In this document: positions 17,380-27,241 of the stretch, piece by piece | Layout: each line of letters starts with the position of its first letter | Numbering within the stretch: the stretch's first letter is position 1 | Assembly (NCBI GenBank): GCA_964569015.1 | Contig: CAZMSN010000005.1 | Location: forward strand, 2,846 to 66,845 | DNA: 64,000 nucleotides | Direction: 5' to 3' | From: an uncultured Acidimicrobiaceae bacterium | Lineage (GTDB): Bacteria > Actinomycetota > Acidimicrobiia > Spongiisociales > UBA5794 | Program-made: the position numbers and the translations under genes | The notes under the pieces: model-generated | Seen by the model: only the letters and a program-made list of their open reading frames with translations | What the model was told of the DNA's origin: nothing | Databases searched by the model: none

Positions 17380-18734
17380 CTCGCCCCCGCTCGCTTGGCG
17401 GCTGCCTCCCTGGAGGCCGTCACCTTGCCGGCGAGATCCAACCCGTAGCAGCCCGTGATCTCTGCCTCGAGCCACTCCCCCGGCCGTCCCTCGTCCAGCA
17501 GGATCACCCCATCGATCTCCGGTGCCTCCCGATACGAGCGGCCCACTGCCTGGCCCTCCTCGACCTGGTCGACCAACACCTCGAGCACCCGACCCACCTG
17601 CGCCGCGTTGCGGGAGGAGGTCACGTCGTCCTGGATCTCCTGGAGGTAGCGGAGCCGCTCCGCCTTCACCTCCTGAGGGAGTTGCCTCTCGAAGCCCGCC
17701 GCCGGCGTCCCCTCCTCCGGTGAGAACGGAAACAGACCGACCCAATCGAGCAGGGCCTCCCTGAGGAACTCCCCGAGGCTCTCCACGTCTTCGTCACATT
17801 CGCCGGGGAAACCCACGATGAAGCTCGACCGCAACGCCGCCTCGGGCGCCTCGCGACGGATCCGGGCGATCAGATCGAGATGGCTCTCACCACTCCCGGG
17901 CCGTTTCATTGCCCGCAACAAGCGCTCCGATGAGTGCTGAAGCGAAATGTCGAAGTAGTCCGCCACCACCGGGCTCGCCGCCATCGTGGAGATGAGGGCG
18001 GGCCGCACCTCGCGCGGGTACAGGTAGTAGAGGCGGAGTCGCCGCAGACCCTCCACGTCGGACACCGACTCCACCAGTTCCCTCAGCCCGCCGGACACGC
18101 CGATGTCACGCCCGTAGCCGGCCAAGTCCTGGGCGACGAGCACGATCTCCCCGACGCCTGCCGCGACGAGATCCACGATCTCTTCCCGGATGTTGGCGGG
18201 CGGTCGAGACCGCTGCCTGCCGCGGAACTGGGGGATGGCACAGAAGGTGCACGACCTGTCGCATCCCTCCGCCACCTTGACATAGGCGTACGGCATCGTC
18301 GGGGTGGGACGCCGCACCTGATACAGGATGTCCATGTGCGATCGGGGAATGGAGCAGACCCGCCGTGGCATCCACTGTGTGAGAGCGTCCAGCCGATCCA
18401 CCAGCTCGGAGTAGCGGTCGAGGCCGATGACGGCGTCGGCCTCCGGCAACGCTTCCTCGAGCTCCCGCTCGTAGCGCTGTGCCATGCATCCGATCACAAC
18501 CAGCTTGGCACCGTCCTTGCGGGCGGCCGACAACGCCAGGATCGTGTCGATCGATTCCCGGCGGGCCGACTCGATGAAGGCGCATGTGTTCACCATCACC
18601 ACGTCGGCGCGCTCGGGCGCCACCGCCCGCCGATAGCCGGCATCGTCGAGCATGCCCGTCACCTTGGCGGAATCGACCTCGTTCTTGGAACAGCCCAGCG
18701 TCGTCAGCCAGACAGAGGGAACGGTGCAGGACAT
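17376..18734 (-). CDS. rimO: Ribosomal protein S12 methylthiotransferase
   Basis: MTTase N-terminus (LGCSKNEVDS), radical-SAM CDRSCTFC and a TRAM domain. Confidence 0.85.
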   Translation of the reverse strand: MSCTVPSVWLTTLGCSKNEVDSAKVTGMLDDAGYRRAVAPERADVVMVNTCAFIESARRESIDTILALSAARKDGAKLVVIGCMAQRYERELEEALPEADAVIGLDRYSELVDRLDALTQWMPRRVCSIPRSHMDILYQVRRPTPTMPYAYVKVAEGCDRSCTFCAIPQFRGRQRSRPPANIREEIVDLVAAGVGEIVLVAQDLAGYGRDIGVSGGLRELVESVSDVEGLRRLRLYYLYPREVRPALISTMAASPVVADYFDISLQHSSERLLRAMKRPGSGESHLDLIARIRREAPEAALRSSFIVGFPGECDEDVESLGEFLREALLDWVGLFPFSPEEGTPAAGFERQLPQEVKAERLRYLQEIQDDVTSSRNAAQVGRVLEVLVDQVEEGQAVGRSYREAPEIDGVILLDEGRPGEWLEAEITGCYGLDLAGKVTASREAAAKRAGAR

Positions 18735-18793
18735 GCGCCGAGTCTACGGGTGTCGTGCCATCGCCACCGGCAACCCGGCCCGACGAGGCTCGA

Positions 18794-19324
18794 TCAACCG
18801 AACCCGCGGTACTCGCCTCGGAAGTAGAGGAGCGGGTCCTCGACATCGCCGAGCTCGAGCTTGTCGATGACGCCCTCCGCAACGAGGAAATAGGTCTCCT
18901 CGTCGCCGCCCTCGAAGGTGCAGTAGGCGCGGGTGGCAACGTCACTCAACACCGGACCCCAGTCGCTGTCCTCCACTTCGAGGCCGGCGAACCGGCCCCC
19001 CGGGCTGGGACGCAGACCGGCGAAGATGTCGGCGATGTCATGGTGCCGATCCTCGAGCACGTGCACCACGAGCTTCCCGCTCTCCTCGAGCACGTAGTAG
19101 AGGTCGGTCGTCGTCCCGACGAGGAAGTACACCCGGGAAGGCTCACCCTCGGCGACCACGATGGACGACACGGTCAGCCCCGTCCGGTGATCGCCGGTGC
19201 CGGCGGTGACGACAGTCACCGGAGACGCCAGACGCCCCCGGAAGCGGCGCGCCGGATCCCGCTGATCCGTCGGCGTCTCGAACGGGTTCTCGTCGTGGAT
19301 GCCGCCCTGATTCGTCATCTGCAC
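18794..19324 (-). CDS. Flavin reductase-like (FMN-binding split barrel) protein
   Basis: Family similarity (PVTVVTAG...GLTVSSI...YFLV); 176 aa. Confidence 0.65.
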   Translation of the reverse strand: MQMTNQGGIHDENPFETPTDQRDPARRFRGRLASPVTVVTAGTGDHRTGLTVSSIVVAEGEPSRVYFLVGTTTDLYYVLEESGKLVVHVLEDRHHDIADIFAGLRPSPGGRFAGLEVEDSDWGPVLSDVATRAYCTFEGGDEETYFLVAEGVIDKLELGDVEDPLLYFRGEYRGFG

Positions 19325-19347
19325 CTTTCGTCCTCGGCGTTCCGAGT

Positions 19348-20283
19348 CTACGGGGTGCGCTCGGAAGCGTCCACGCGATCGCCGCCGGACGGCGGCCGCT
19401 CACCGATCAGCGGCACCCGGGACGATTGCCTGCGGCGGAATCGCAGACGCTCGGTGTACCCGGCATCGGACGCTGCCGCTACCAGCACGTCCCGGCCGAG
19501 CGCACAATCCTGAGCATTGTGGGCGTCGCTCGCCAGGGTGATGGGAACGCCGGCCTCGGCGAACATGCGCAGGAAGGTCGGCTCGGGATAGATCTCGTGG
19601 ACTTGATATCGAAGGCCGGCACTCGATACCTCCACTGCCGTGCCGCTGCTAGCTGCCGCCTCCACCACGGGTCGGTAGAGGTCAATGGGAACCTCGGGAA
19701 GGCGGTAGCCGAACTTCTTGACGACATCGGCGTGAGCGAGCACGTCCACCTGTCCCGAAGCGGCGAGCTGAGCCTCGAGCGCGAAGTAGTCCTCGTAGGC
19801 CTTGCGGATGCCGCGGCGCCGGAACTCGAAAGCGGCACCGGAGTGGTCGATCGCCCACCCGCCGATCCAGTGCACCGATCCGACGAGGAAATCCCACGGG
19901 TACGGGGCGAGCAGCTCGGCCACGGCGTCGATGGTCTCGGGAAAGAAGTCCACCTCCAGCCCGAGGAGCACCGGGAGGCCCCGATCTCGGGCCGCCACCA
20001 CCGCCTCGACGTAGCCTTCCAGAGACAGGGCCAGATCCTCGGCTACGAACGCCGCCGTCTGCTCGGCGAGATCGACCCGCGGCTCAGAGTCCCAGAAACG
20101 ACCGAGCACCGGAGCCGCTTCGACACAACGGTAGAGGTGCTCGGTGAAGCCGACCTCCTCGGCGCCACGCGCCGCCGCCTGCTCCACGTACGCCTCGATG
20201 TGACCCGGCGGATACTCCCCGGGAGGTGGCCCGACGCCCTGGTAGGGACCGTGCGGGTGGAGGTGGACGTGGTAGTCACCCAT
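19348..20283 (-). CDS. PHP-family histidinol-phosphatase-like hydrolase
   Basis: N-terminal YHVHLHPHG metal-binding motif and later His/Asp motifs (SVHWIG, SDAHN). ATG at 20283. Confidence 0.65.
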   Translation of the reverse strand: MGDYHVHLHPHGPYQGVGPPPGEYPPGHIEAYVEQAAARGAEEVGFTEHLYRCVEAAPVLGRFWDSEPRVDLAEQTAAFVAEDLALSLEGYVEAVVAARDRGLPVLLGLEVDFFPETIDAVAELLAPYPWDFLVGSVHWIGGWAIDHSGAAFEFRRRGIRKAYEDYFALEAQLAASGQVDVLAHADVVKKFGYRLPEVPIDLYRPVVEAAASSGTAVEVSSAGLRYQVHEIYPEPTFLRMFAEAGVPITLASDAHNAQDCALGRDVLVAAASDAGYTERLRFRRRQSSRVPLIGERPPSGGDRVDASERTP

Positions 20284-20315
20284 TGGCCCCGAGCGTAGCC
20301 GTGCCCCGGCTCGGG

Positions 20316-22130
20316 TCAGTCGACCGTCTCGTCGACCTGCAGCATCGCCGGCCGCCACCCGCGCACCGAGTTCAGCACCGCCACCCCTTCTGCCGCCGCG
20401 AGATCCGAGACGTGAATCACCCTCTCCTCCAGCTCTCCGGCGTCGAGTAGCCTGCCCCGGTAGACGCCGCCCAGGCACCCGGAATCGAGCGGGGGTGTGT
20501 ACCACCGGCCTCCCAGCAGCACCGCGATGTTGCCGATGGTGGTCTCAGTGACCTCGCCACGTTCGTTCTGGAGCACCACGTCGTCCGCCGTCGGATGGCG
20601 CTTGATCCGCTCCTCATACACCTTGCGCTGGGTCGTCTTGTGGAAGACGAAGACGTTGCACGACGAGATCGGCCCGGGATCCACTGCCACCGCGACGCCC
20701 TCCCCTCCGCCACCGGGGCCGTCGTACCATGGCGGCGCCACCTCCTCCGACTCGGCCCGGCACACGCCGTCACGGTCGAGCACCAACCGCACCCGCCGGG
20801 CGTCCACCGACCCCTCGACCGCCTCGTGAACCGCGGCCGCCACCGCCGCCCGCTCGTAGGGAAACCCGAAGTAGTGGGCCGATCCGGCGAGCCGCTCGAG
20901 GTGATCCTCGAGAAACCGGAAGCCGCGCCCCGGATCCCAGCGCAAGGTCTCTATCAAAGAGAACTCGGGTCGGCGCTCGACGAGGAGCTGCGCCTTGAGA
21001 CGTGCCTCCTCGTATTCGCCGGCCGAATCGGAATCCCAAGTGATGCCCCCACCCACGCCGTATTCCGCCAGGCCCTCGCGCTCGTCGATCACGACCGTGC
21101 GGATGCCGACGCTGAACTCGGCATCGGGGCCCGCCGCGCCCGGAGGGGCAACGTATCCGACCGCCCCGCAGTACGCGCCGCGGGGAGATCTCTCCAGCTC
21201 GGCGATGAGCTGCATCGTCCGTGTCTTGGGAGCTCCGGTAATCGATCCCGAAGGGAAGAGGGCTCGGAACACGTCCGAGAGCGACGTGTTGGGCCGCATG
21301 ATCGCGGAGACCTCCGACGTCAGCTGCCACACGGTCTCGAAACGCTCCAGCTCGAGAAGTGCATCGACCTCGACCGAGCCGAACTCGGCGATGCGCCCCA
21401 GGTCATTGCGCAGCAGGTCGACGATCATCAGGTTCTCCGCCCGGTCCTTCTCCGAAGCGCACAGCTCCTCGCCGAGCGCCTCGTCTTCCTCGGGCCAGCG
21501 ACCGCGACGAGTGGTCCCTTTCATCGGGCGGACCTCGATGCGGGACCCGTCGATTCTGAAGAACTCCTCCGGGGAGGCGCTGACCACTCGATAGCGGCCG
21601 ACATCGATGTAGGCAGCGTGGGCACCGCGTTGGGCGAGCACGAGGTCGCGATACAGCTCCTTGGCATCACCGGAGAAGGCGGCACGCAACCGCAAGGTGT
21701 GATTGACCTGGTAGGTGTCACCCGCCGCGATGGCCGCCCTGATCTCCTCCACACCGCGCTCGTACTCGACACGGTCGATCTCGGGGGTCCATGCCGAGAC
21801 GCTGTACGGAGCGGGATGCACCGACCGGGGCTCCAGCGGCTCGCACTCCTCTCGCCGCACGAACAGACCGAAGTACACCAGGGGCATCTGCCGCAGCGGG
21901 TCGTGGATTCCGGGAATCCGCACCATCAGGGCCGGATCGAATGCAGGCGCGGCTTCGTAGGCAACGTACCCCGCGGCCCACAGCCCGGACCGGGTGGCCT
22001 GCTCGAGCTCGTCGAGGGCCGGAACGACCTCGTCGAGTGTCCGGGCAACCACCGCACCACGACGGCCGCGAAGGCAAAACGACCTCTCACCCCCCGGCGT
22101 CAGGTCGTCGAATCGGGCGCGCGGCGTCAT
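20316..22130 (-). CDS. pabB: Aminodeoxychorismate synthase component I fused to an aminodeoxychorismate lyase-like (class IV aminotransferase fold) domain
   Basis: Chorismate-binding domain motifs (SPEEFFR, PKTRTMQLIAELE...GAYCGAVGY) followed by about 200 aa with fold-type IV motifs (ETLRW..., VFVFHKTT, GNIAV). Confidence 0.75.
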   Translation of the reverse strand: MTPRARFDDLTPGGERSFCLRGRRGAVVARTLDEVVPALDELEQATRSGLWAAGYVAYEAAPAFDPALMVRIPGIHDPLRQMPLVYFGLFVRREECEPLEPRSVHPAPYSVSAWTPEIDRVEYERGVEEIRAAIAAGDTYQVNHTLRLRAAFSGDAKELYRDLVLAQRGAHAAYIDVGRYRVVSASPEEFFRIDGSRIEVRPMKGTTRRGRWPEEDEALGEELCASEKDRAENLMIVDLLRNDLGRIAEFGSVEVDALLELERFETVWQLTSEVSAIMRPNTSLSDVFRALFPSGSITGAPKTRTMQLIAELERSPRGAYCGAVGYVAPPGAAGPDAEFSVGIRTVVIDEREGLAEYGVGGGITWDSDSAGEYEEARLKAQLLVERRPEFSLIETLRWDPGRGFRFLEDHLERLAGSAHYFGFPYERAAVAAAVHEAVEGSVDARRVRLVLDRDGVCRAESEEVAPPWYDGPGGGGEGVAVAVDPGPISSCNVFVFHKTTQRKVYEERIKRHPTADDVVLQNERGEVTETTIGNIAVLLGGRWYTPPLDSGCLGGVYRGRLLDAGELEERVIHVSDLAAAEGVAVLNSVRGWRPAMLQVDETVD

Positions 22131-22186
22131 CGCTCAACCATACCGATGTGATGCCAGGGTGCGGCCCGGGAGGCGCCTTTCCGGCC

Positions 22187-24427
22187 TCAGCCTCCGATGG
22201 GCGTGCGATCCAGCTCCTCGACCGTGATCAACACGGACCGGGCCTTCGAGCCCTCGGAGGGACCCACGATGCCTCTCATCTCGAGGATGTCCATCACCCG
22301 ACCCGCCCGGGCGAATCCGATGCGTAGTTTGCGTTGCAGCATCGAGGTGGACCCGAGTTGCGAGCGCACCACCAAGTCGATCGCCTGACGGACGATATCG
22401 GGATCCTCGCCGTCGTACTCGTCCTCCGCCTCCCTCTTCCTGGTGGCGGCCTCGAAGACCTCGGAGTCCCGATAGGTGGCATCGCGCTGCTCACGCACCC
22501 AGTCGACCACGGCGTGGATCTCCCTCTCGGAGACGAATGCGCCCTGAATCCGTTTCGGCTTCGGCTCACGAGCGGTGACGACGAGCATGTCCCCCAACCC
22601 GACCAGTTTCTCGGCACCCGAAGCGTCGAGAATCACCCGCGAATCGGTCTGGGAGGCCACAGAGAAGGCCAGACGGGACGGGATGTTGGCCTTGATGACC
22701 CCAGTGATGACGTTGACCGAGGGACGCTGAGTCGCCAGCACGAGGTGCACACCGACGGCACGGGCCATCTGGGCGATCCGCACCACAGCGTCCTCGACGG
22801 CACGTCCCGCCACCATCATCAGATCGTTGAGCTCGTCGACGATCACCACGATGTGCGGGAAGCGATCGAAGCCCCCCTCGTCGAGCACTCCTGCATCCCA
22901 CTTCTCGCGGTAGCCGATGATATCCCGCACCCGGGCATCGGCGAGCAGCTCGTAGCGCCGATCCATCTCCTGGACCGCCCACTGCAGGGCGTCGGCCGCC
23001 TTCTTCGGATTGGAGATGACCCTGGTGAGGAGGTGGGGCACACCGTTGTACTGGCCGAGCTCCACCCGCTTCGGATCGACCAGGACCAGGCGCACCTCAT
23101 CCGGCCTGGCGCGCATCAGGATCGACGTGACGATCGCGTTGATGCATGACGACTTGCCGGCACCGGTGGCGCCGGCGATCAGCATGTGAGGCAGGTCATC
23201 GAGCTTGAGGAAGTGGGCATGGCCGCTGATGTCCTTGCCGAGGCCGATCTTCATCGGGTCAGGATCGGCGGAGGCCTCGGCGCTCGCAAGGATGTCGCCC
23301 AGGGTCACGAGGTCCCGATGGTGATTCGGCACCTCGATGCCGATGGCGCTCTTCCCTGGAATCGGCGCCAAGATCCGCACATCGGCCGACGCCATCGCGT
23401 ACGCGATGTCGTGCGACAGCCCAGTGACCTTGGCGACCTTCACCCCTGGCTCCAGCTCGACCTCGTACCGCGTCACCGTCGGTCCCGGCACGATCCGCGT
23501 CAGCCGGGCGTCGACCCCATGCTGGAGCAGTGTCTCCTGCAGCTCGCGGGCGGCTCGCTCCAACGCCCGCCGGTTCTGGCCACCGGTCGAGCCGACATCG
23601 AGCAGCTCGAGCGGCGGCAGCCGGTACGCCTCCCCGACCGGTTGCGCGACGGGCCGGACCGGCTGCTTCGGGCGGGCCTTGGGAGGCGCTGTCTTCTCGG
23701 CAGCGGGCTTCGGCGGGGCGGCCTTGGCCGGAGCCCCGGTCGGCGCTCGGCGCACCGAGGACGACTCGACCAGGCGAGCCGGCACGGTGGTGCGGCGAGC
23801 GTGAGGCCCGAAGCCGAGCTTGTGGACTGCGGCGACGAGGGTGTGGGCCACGTCGCGGATGGTGGCTCTCGTCAGCACCAGCGCCGCCAGGCCACTGATG
23901 GCAATCAGCACCAGGAGGGCACCCCAGAATCCGATGAGGCGGCGCAGCGGGAAAGCGATGAGGGAGCCGGCGACGCCACCGCGGGCGATGACCTCGTCCA
24001 TGCTCTCTGCGAGCGAGACGGCACCGGTCAGGAGATGGTAGAGCGCCAGCGATCCGAGGTAGAGCGCCAGCAATCCCACCGAGACCCGGCCGTAGTCACT
24101 GCGCGGCATACTCCCGATGAGCGCCAGCCCGGCAGCGGCTAGGACCACCGGCACGAAGTACGCCCACACCCCGAACATGAACGCGAGGCCGGTGGTGACC
24201 CCCCGGCCGACCGGCCCGGCGAGGTCGAAGAACGCCATCACCAGGAGGCCGGCGATGACAATACAAACAAGACCCCAGACGTCGTCGGTGTGACGCCCGA
24301 GCCGCCTTCGAAGGCGGTCCCTGCTTCCCCGCAGCGCAGTGAGGAAGCTGGTCCGCTGCTTCTTGGTCTTCCGTTTCCTGACCCTTTTCCGCCCCGTCGC
24401 CCCACGGGATGATCTCCGTGCAGCCAT
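22187..24427 (-). CDS. ftsK: DNA translocase FtsK/SpoIIIE
   Basis: N-terminal TM helices, Pro/Ala-rich linker, Walker A GATGAGKS, Walker B LVVIVDE and a C-terminal gamma-domain wHTH. Confidence 0.85.
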   Translation of the reverse strand: MAARRSSRGATGRKRVRKRKTKKQRTSFLTALRGSRDRLRRRLGRHTDDVWGLVCIVIAGLLVMAFFDLAGPVGRGVTTGLAFMFGVWAYFVPVVLAAAGLALIGSMPRSDYGRVSVGLLALYLGSLALYHLLTGAVSLAESMDEVIARGGVAGSLIAFPLRRLIGFWGALLVLIAISGLAALVLTRATIRDVAHTLVAAVHKLGFGPHARRTTVPARLVESSSVRRAPTGAPAKAAPPKPAAEKTAPPKARPKQPVRPVAQPVGEAYRLPPLELLDVGSTGGQNRRALERAARELQETLLQHGVDARLTRIVPGPTVTRYEVELEPGVKVAKVTGLSHDIAYAMASADVRILAPIPGKSAIGIEVPNHHRDLVTLGDILASAEASADPDPMKIGLGKDISGHAHFLKLDDLPHMLIAGATGAGKSSCINAIVTSILMRARPDEVRLVLVDPKRVELGQYNGVPHLLTRVISNPKKAADALQWAVQEMDRRYELLADARVRDIIGYREKWDAGVLDEGGFDRFPHIVVIVDELNDLMMVAGRAVEDAVVRIAQMARAVGVHLVLATQRPSVNVITGVIKANIPSRLAFSVASQTDSRVILDASGAEKLVGLGDMLVVTAREPKPKRIQGAFVSEREIHAVVDWVREQRDATYRDSEVFEAATRKREAEDEYDGEDPDIVRQAIDLVVRSQLGSTSMLQRKLRIGFARAGRVMDILEMRGIVGPSEGSKARSVLITVEELDRTPIGG

Positions 24428-24775
24428 GGGAGAACAACCTTACACGCGAGCGGCGCTTCGGCCAACGATCAAGACCGCGGTCCGCGCGCACTCTGTCACG
24501 CACCGTGCGCGCTCATCATTCGGGCTCGCTCCGATTGACTAGCTACCTATGCAGTTCTCACCTCGTTGCGGTACGGAAGACCCTCTGCTATCAATGCCTT
24601 CAAGGGTTTCGCGTCCCCTCGAGACGAGCGATCCGTGGCGCCTGTCCGCCCAGAAGCATCCCGATCGACTCCAGGCCCACCGCTCGGTTGCTTGGATACG
24701 GGAACTAGGTTACAGATACGACAATGCCGTGCCGAAGGAAAGGAAAGAAGCCGCTGACCCCGGCGGCGACGATCT

Positions 24776-25606
24776 GTGACGATGGGAGAACCAGGCGTGA
24801 GCGCCACGTTGCATGAGATAGCCGGCGCCGCTGGCGGTGCGTCGCCGGAGGTCGAGGCCAGGCCGTCCAAGGATGAAGCTGTGTCTGCTGAGGCACTCGA
24901 AAACGCCCGTCGTGAAGCCTTCCAGCTCGTCGCCACTGCGCGCAAGGAAGCCGAGCGCATCATCGGCCAAGCTCATGACGAGGCGAAGCGCATCACAGAT
25001 CAGGCCAGCTCCGGCATCGGGAAACTCGCCTCTCTCGGCGACAGCACCGATGAGCTGTTCGCTCACATCAAGAGCCTCATCAAGCGCCAGAAGGAATTCG
25101 ACGCCGAGCGCCGCACCCTCATGGAGCAGATCGCCGAACTCGAGCTGGAGCGGGACATCCTCATGCACCGCATCGCTCTCGGCGGCATGGAACCGGCCGA
25201 CGTGCCCGAGCCCGAGCCCGAGCAGCAGCAGCCACCCGCCGCCGACAGGCCCTTCCCCGTCTTCGGAGACCCGGCCCCCACGCTCGCCGAGCCGGCGCCC
25301 GTCACCGAGGAATCGCCCGCTCCCGCCGTCGAGGACTCCCTTCCCGTGATCGAGCCCGCCCCGGTCGTCGAGGAGCCACCGGCCCCCGTCGCAGAAGAGC
25401 CGCTCCCGGCGCCGGAAGAGCCGGACATCCCACCGCGGCCGTCGTACCGGGACGAAGCGGCTTCACCGGTCGCCGACACCCGCTCGATCTACAGCCGCCG
25501 CTCGGCCAAGCTCCCCCGCCTCGGCGACCAGGCCGGCCGCGACGCCCTCGCCTCGCTGAAGGCGATCCGCAAGCCCCGGGAAGACGACGACGAGGACTAC
25601 GAGTAG
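24776..25606 (+). CDS. Coiled-coil protein, paralog B of 70..1104
   Basis: Shares ENARREAFQLVATARKEAE, a long Pro/Glu-rich linker and the C-terminal SIYSRRSAKLPRLGDQAGRDALASLKAIR with the first ORF. Divergent from ftsK. GTG 24776, with an alternative ATG at 24782. Confidence 0.6.
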   Translation: MTMGEPGVSATLHEIAGAAGGASPEVEARPSKDEAVSAEALENARREAFQLVATARKEAERIIGQAHDEAKRITDQASSGIGKLASLGDSTDELFAHIKSLIKRQKEFDAERRTLMEQIAELELERDILMHRIALGGMEPADVPEPEPEQQQPPAADRPFPVFGDPAPTLAEPAPVTEESPAPAVEDSLPVIEPAPVVEEPPAPVAEEPLPAPEEPDIPPRPSYRDEAASPVADTRSIYSRRSAKLPRLGDQAGRDALASLKAIRKPREDDDEDYE

Positions 25607-25612
25607 TCGCCG

Positions 25613-27241
25613 TCACAACTCGATGAGGACGGGGAACACCACGGGTCTGCGATCGATCTGACGCTTCACCGCCTTGGCCGCTGCGCTCCTCACGCTGCGC
25701 CGAAGCGTGTCGAGATCGGTGGGACGGTCGAGCGCCGCCACTGCCCGAGACACTTGCTCCGCCACCTCCTGGTGGATCTCACTCGTGTCATCACTCACGC
25801 CGTGGCTGTCGATGTCCGGACCGAACACCACTTCACCGCTCGAGACGTCAACGCCAACCGTCACGATGAGCACCCCCTCGTCGGCGAGGTGCCTTCGATC
25901 GCGCAGCACCTCTTCGACGTCCCCGAGGCCGGACCCGTCGAGGTAGACGTAGCCGGCCGGGACCGCCCCCCGCTCGATCGTGAGAGTCCCGCCATCGAGC
26001 ACCACGGCGTCGCCGTCCTCACAGACCACCACCTCGGGCACCCCGACCTGGCGTGCCAGCGCCGCGTTGGCGCTGAGATGCCGGTACTCACCGTGGATCG
26101 GCACCATCGCCTGGGGACGGACGATGTTGAAGAAGGTTCGCAGCTCGTCTGCCGCGGCGTGGCCGGACACGTGGACATGGGAATTGAGGCCGTGATGGAC
26201 AATCACCCCGAGCCGGGTGAGATTGTTGATAACCCGTGAGACCTTGGTCTCGTTGCCGGGGATCGGGGTCGCCGAGAGGATCACGGTGTCGCCGGCGGAG
26301 AGACGGATCGAGTGGTGCTCACCGGAGGCCATGAGCGACAGGGCGGCGAACGGCTCGCCCTGGCTCCCGGTGCAGACCACCGCGGTCTGCTCGGGCGGGT
26401 AGTGCTCCAGGTCGTCCAGCTCGACCTGGATCTCGGGCGGGTACTCCAACAGTCCGAGGTCGCGAGCGATCTCGGTGTTGCGCAACATCGAGCGACCCAG
26501 GAAGGCGAAGCGACGTCCCGAAGCGGCGATGGCATCCAGCGCCTGCTGCACCCGGTGGATGTGGCTGGCGAAGCAGGCCACGATCACCCGCCCCTCGGCG
26601 TGCGAGATGAACTCGTTCAGGGGCTTGCCGACCGACGCTTCGGAGGGCACGAAACCGGCCCGCTCCGCGTTGGTGCTGTCACACAGCAGGAGACGAACGC
26701 CGTTCCGGCCGAATCCGGCAAACGTGCCCAGATCGGTCGGCTCGCCGTCGATTGGCGTCGGATCGAGCTTGAAATCCCCTGAATGAACGATGACGCCCTC
26801 AGGGGTGTCGAAAACCAAGCCGGTTGCCTGCGGCACCGAATGGGTCACTCGAACAAGGGTGAAGCGGAATGGTCCATGCTCCACCCATTCCAGCGGCTGC
26901 ACACTGCGCAGATCGGGCACCAATCCGATCTCTTCGATTCGGGGACGTGCCAGCCCGATGGTGAACTCGGTGCCGTAGACGGGGACATTGACATCGCGCA
27001 GCAGATACGCCAGCGCGCCGACGTGGTCCTCGTGGCCGTGGGTGAGGATCACACATTCGAGATCGTCGGAACGCTCGAGCACCGAGGTGAAATCCGGGAG
27101 TACCAGATCGACCCCGAGCATGTCCTCCTCGGGGAACATCAGCCCGGCCTCCATCAGAGCCAGCTTGCCATCGATCTCGAGGATGGCACAGTTGCGACCG
27201 ATCTCACCGAGACCTCCCAGGAAGCTGACCCGGACGGTCAT
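25613..27241 (-). CDS. rnj: Ribonuclease J (metallo-beta-lactamase/beta-CASP)
   Basis: HxHxDH motif (THGHEDHVGA), beta-CASP and C-terminal domain. ATG 27241 overlaps the dapA stop (ATGA). Confidence 0.85.
   Translation of the reverse strand: MTVRVSFLGGLGEIGRNCAILEIDGKLALMEAGLMFPEEDMLGVDLVLPDFTSVLERSDDLECVILTHGHEDHVGALAYLLRDVNVPVYGTEFTIGLARPRIEEIGLVPDLRSVQPLEWVEHGPFRFTLVRVTHSVPQATGLVFDTPEGVIVHSGDFKLDPTPIDGEPTDLGTFAGFGRNGVRLLLCDSTNAERAGFVPSEASVGKPLNEFISHAEGRVIVACFASHIHRVQQALDAIAASGRRFAFLGRSMLRNTEIARDLGLLEYPPEIQVELDDLEHYPPEQTAVVCTGSQGEPFAALSLMASGEHHSIRLSAGDTVILSATPIPGNETKVSRVINNLTRLGVIVHHGLNSHVHVSGHAAADELRTFFNIVRPQAMVPIHGEYRHLSANAALARQVGVPEVVVCEDGDAVVLDGGTLTIERGAVPAGYVYLDGSGLGDVEEVLRDRRHLADEGVLIVTVGVDVSSGEVVFGPDIDSHGVSDDTSEIHQEVAEQVSRAVAALDRPTDLDTLRRSVRSAAAKAVKRQIDRRPVVFPVLIEL

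Noticed and set aside
17380-17745. N-terminal 122-aa Gly/Arg-rich extension of the cinA track ORF
   Set aside because: Overlaps rimO; CinA similarity begins at MIVEVLAVG (ATG 17379).
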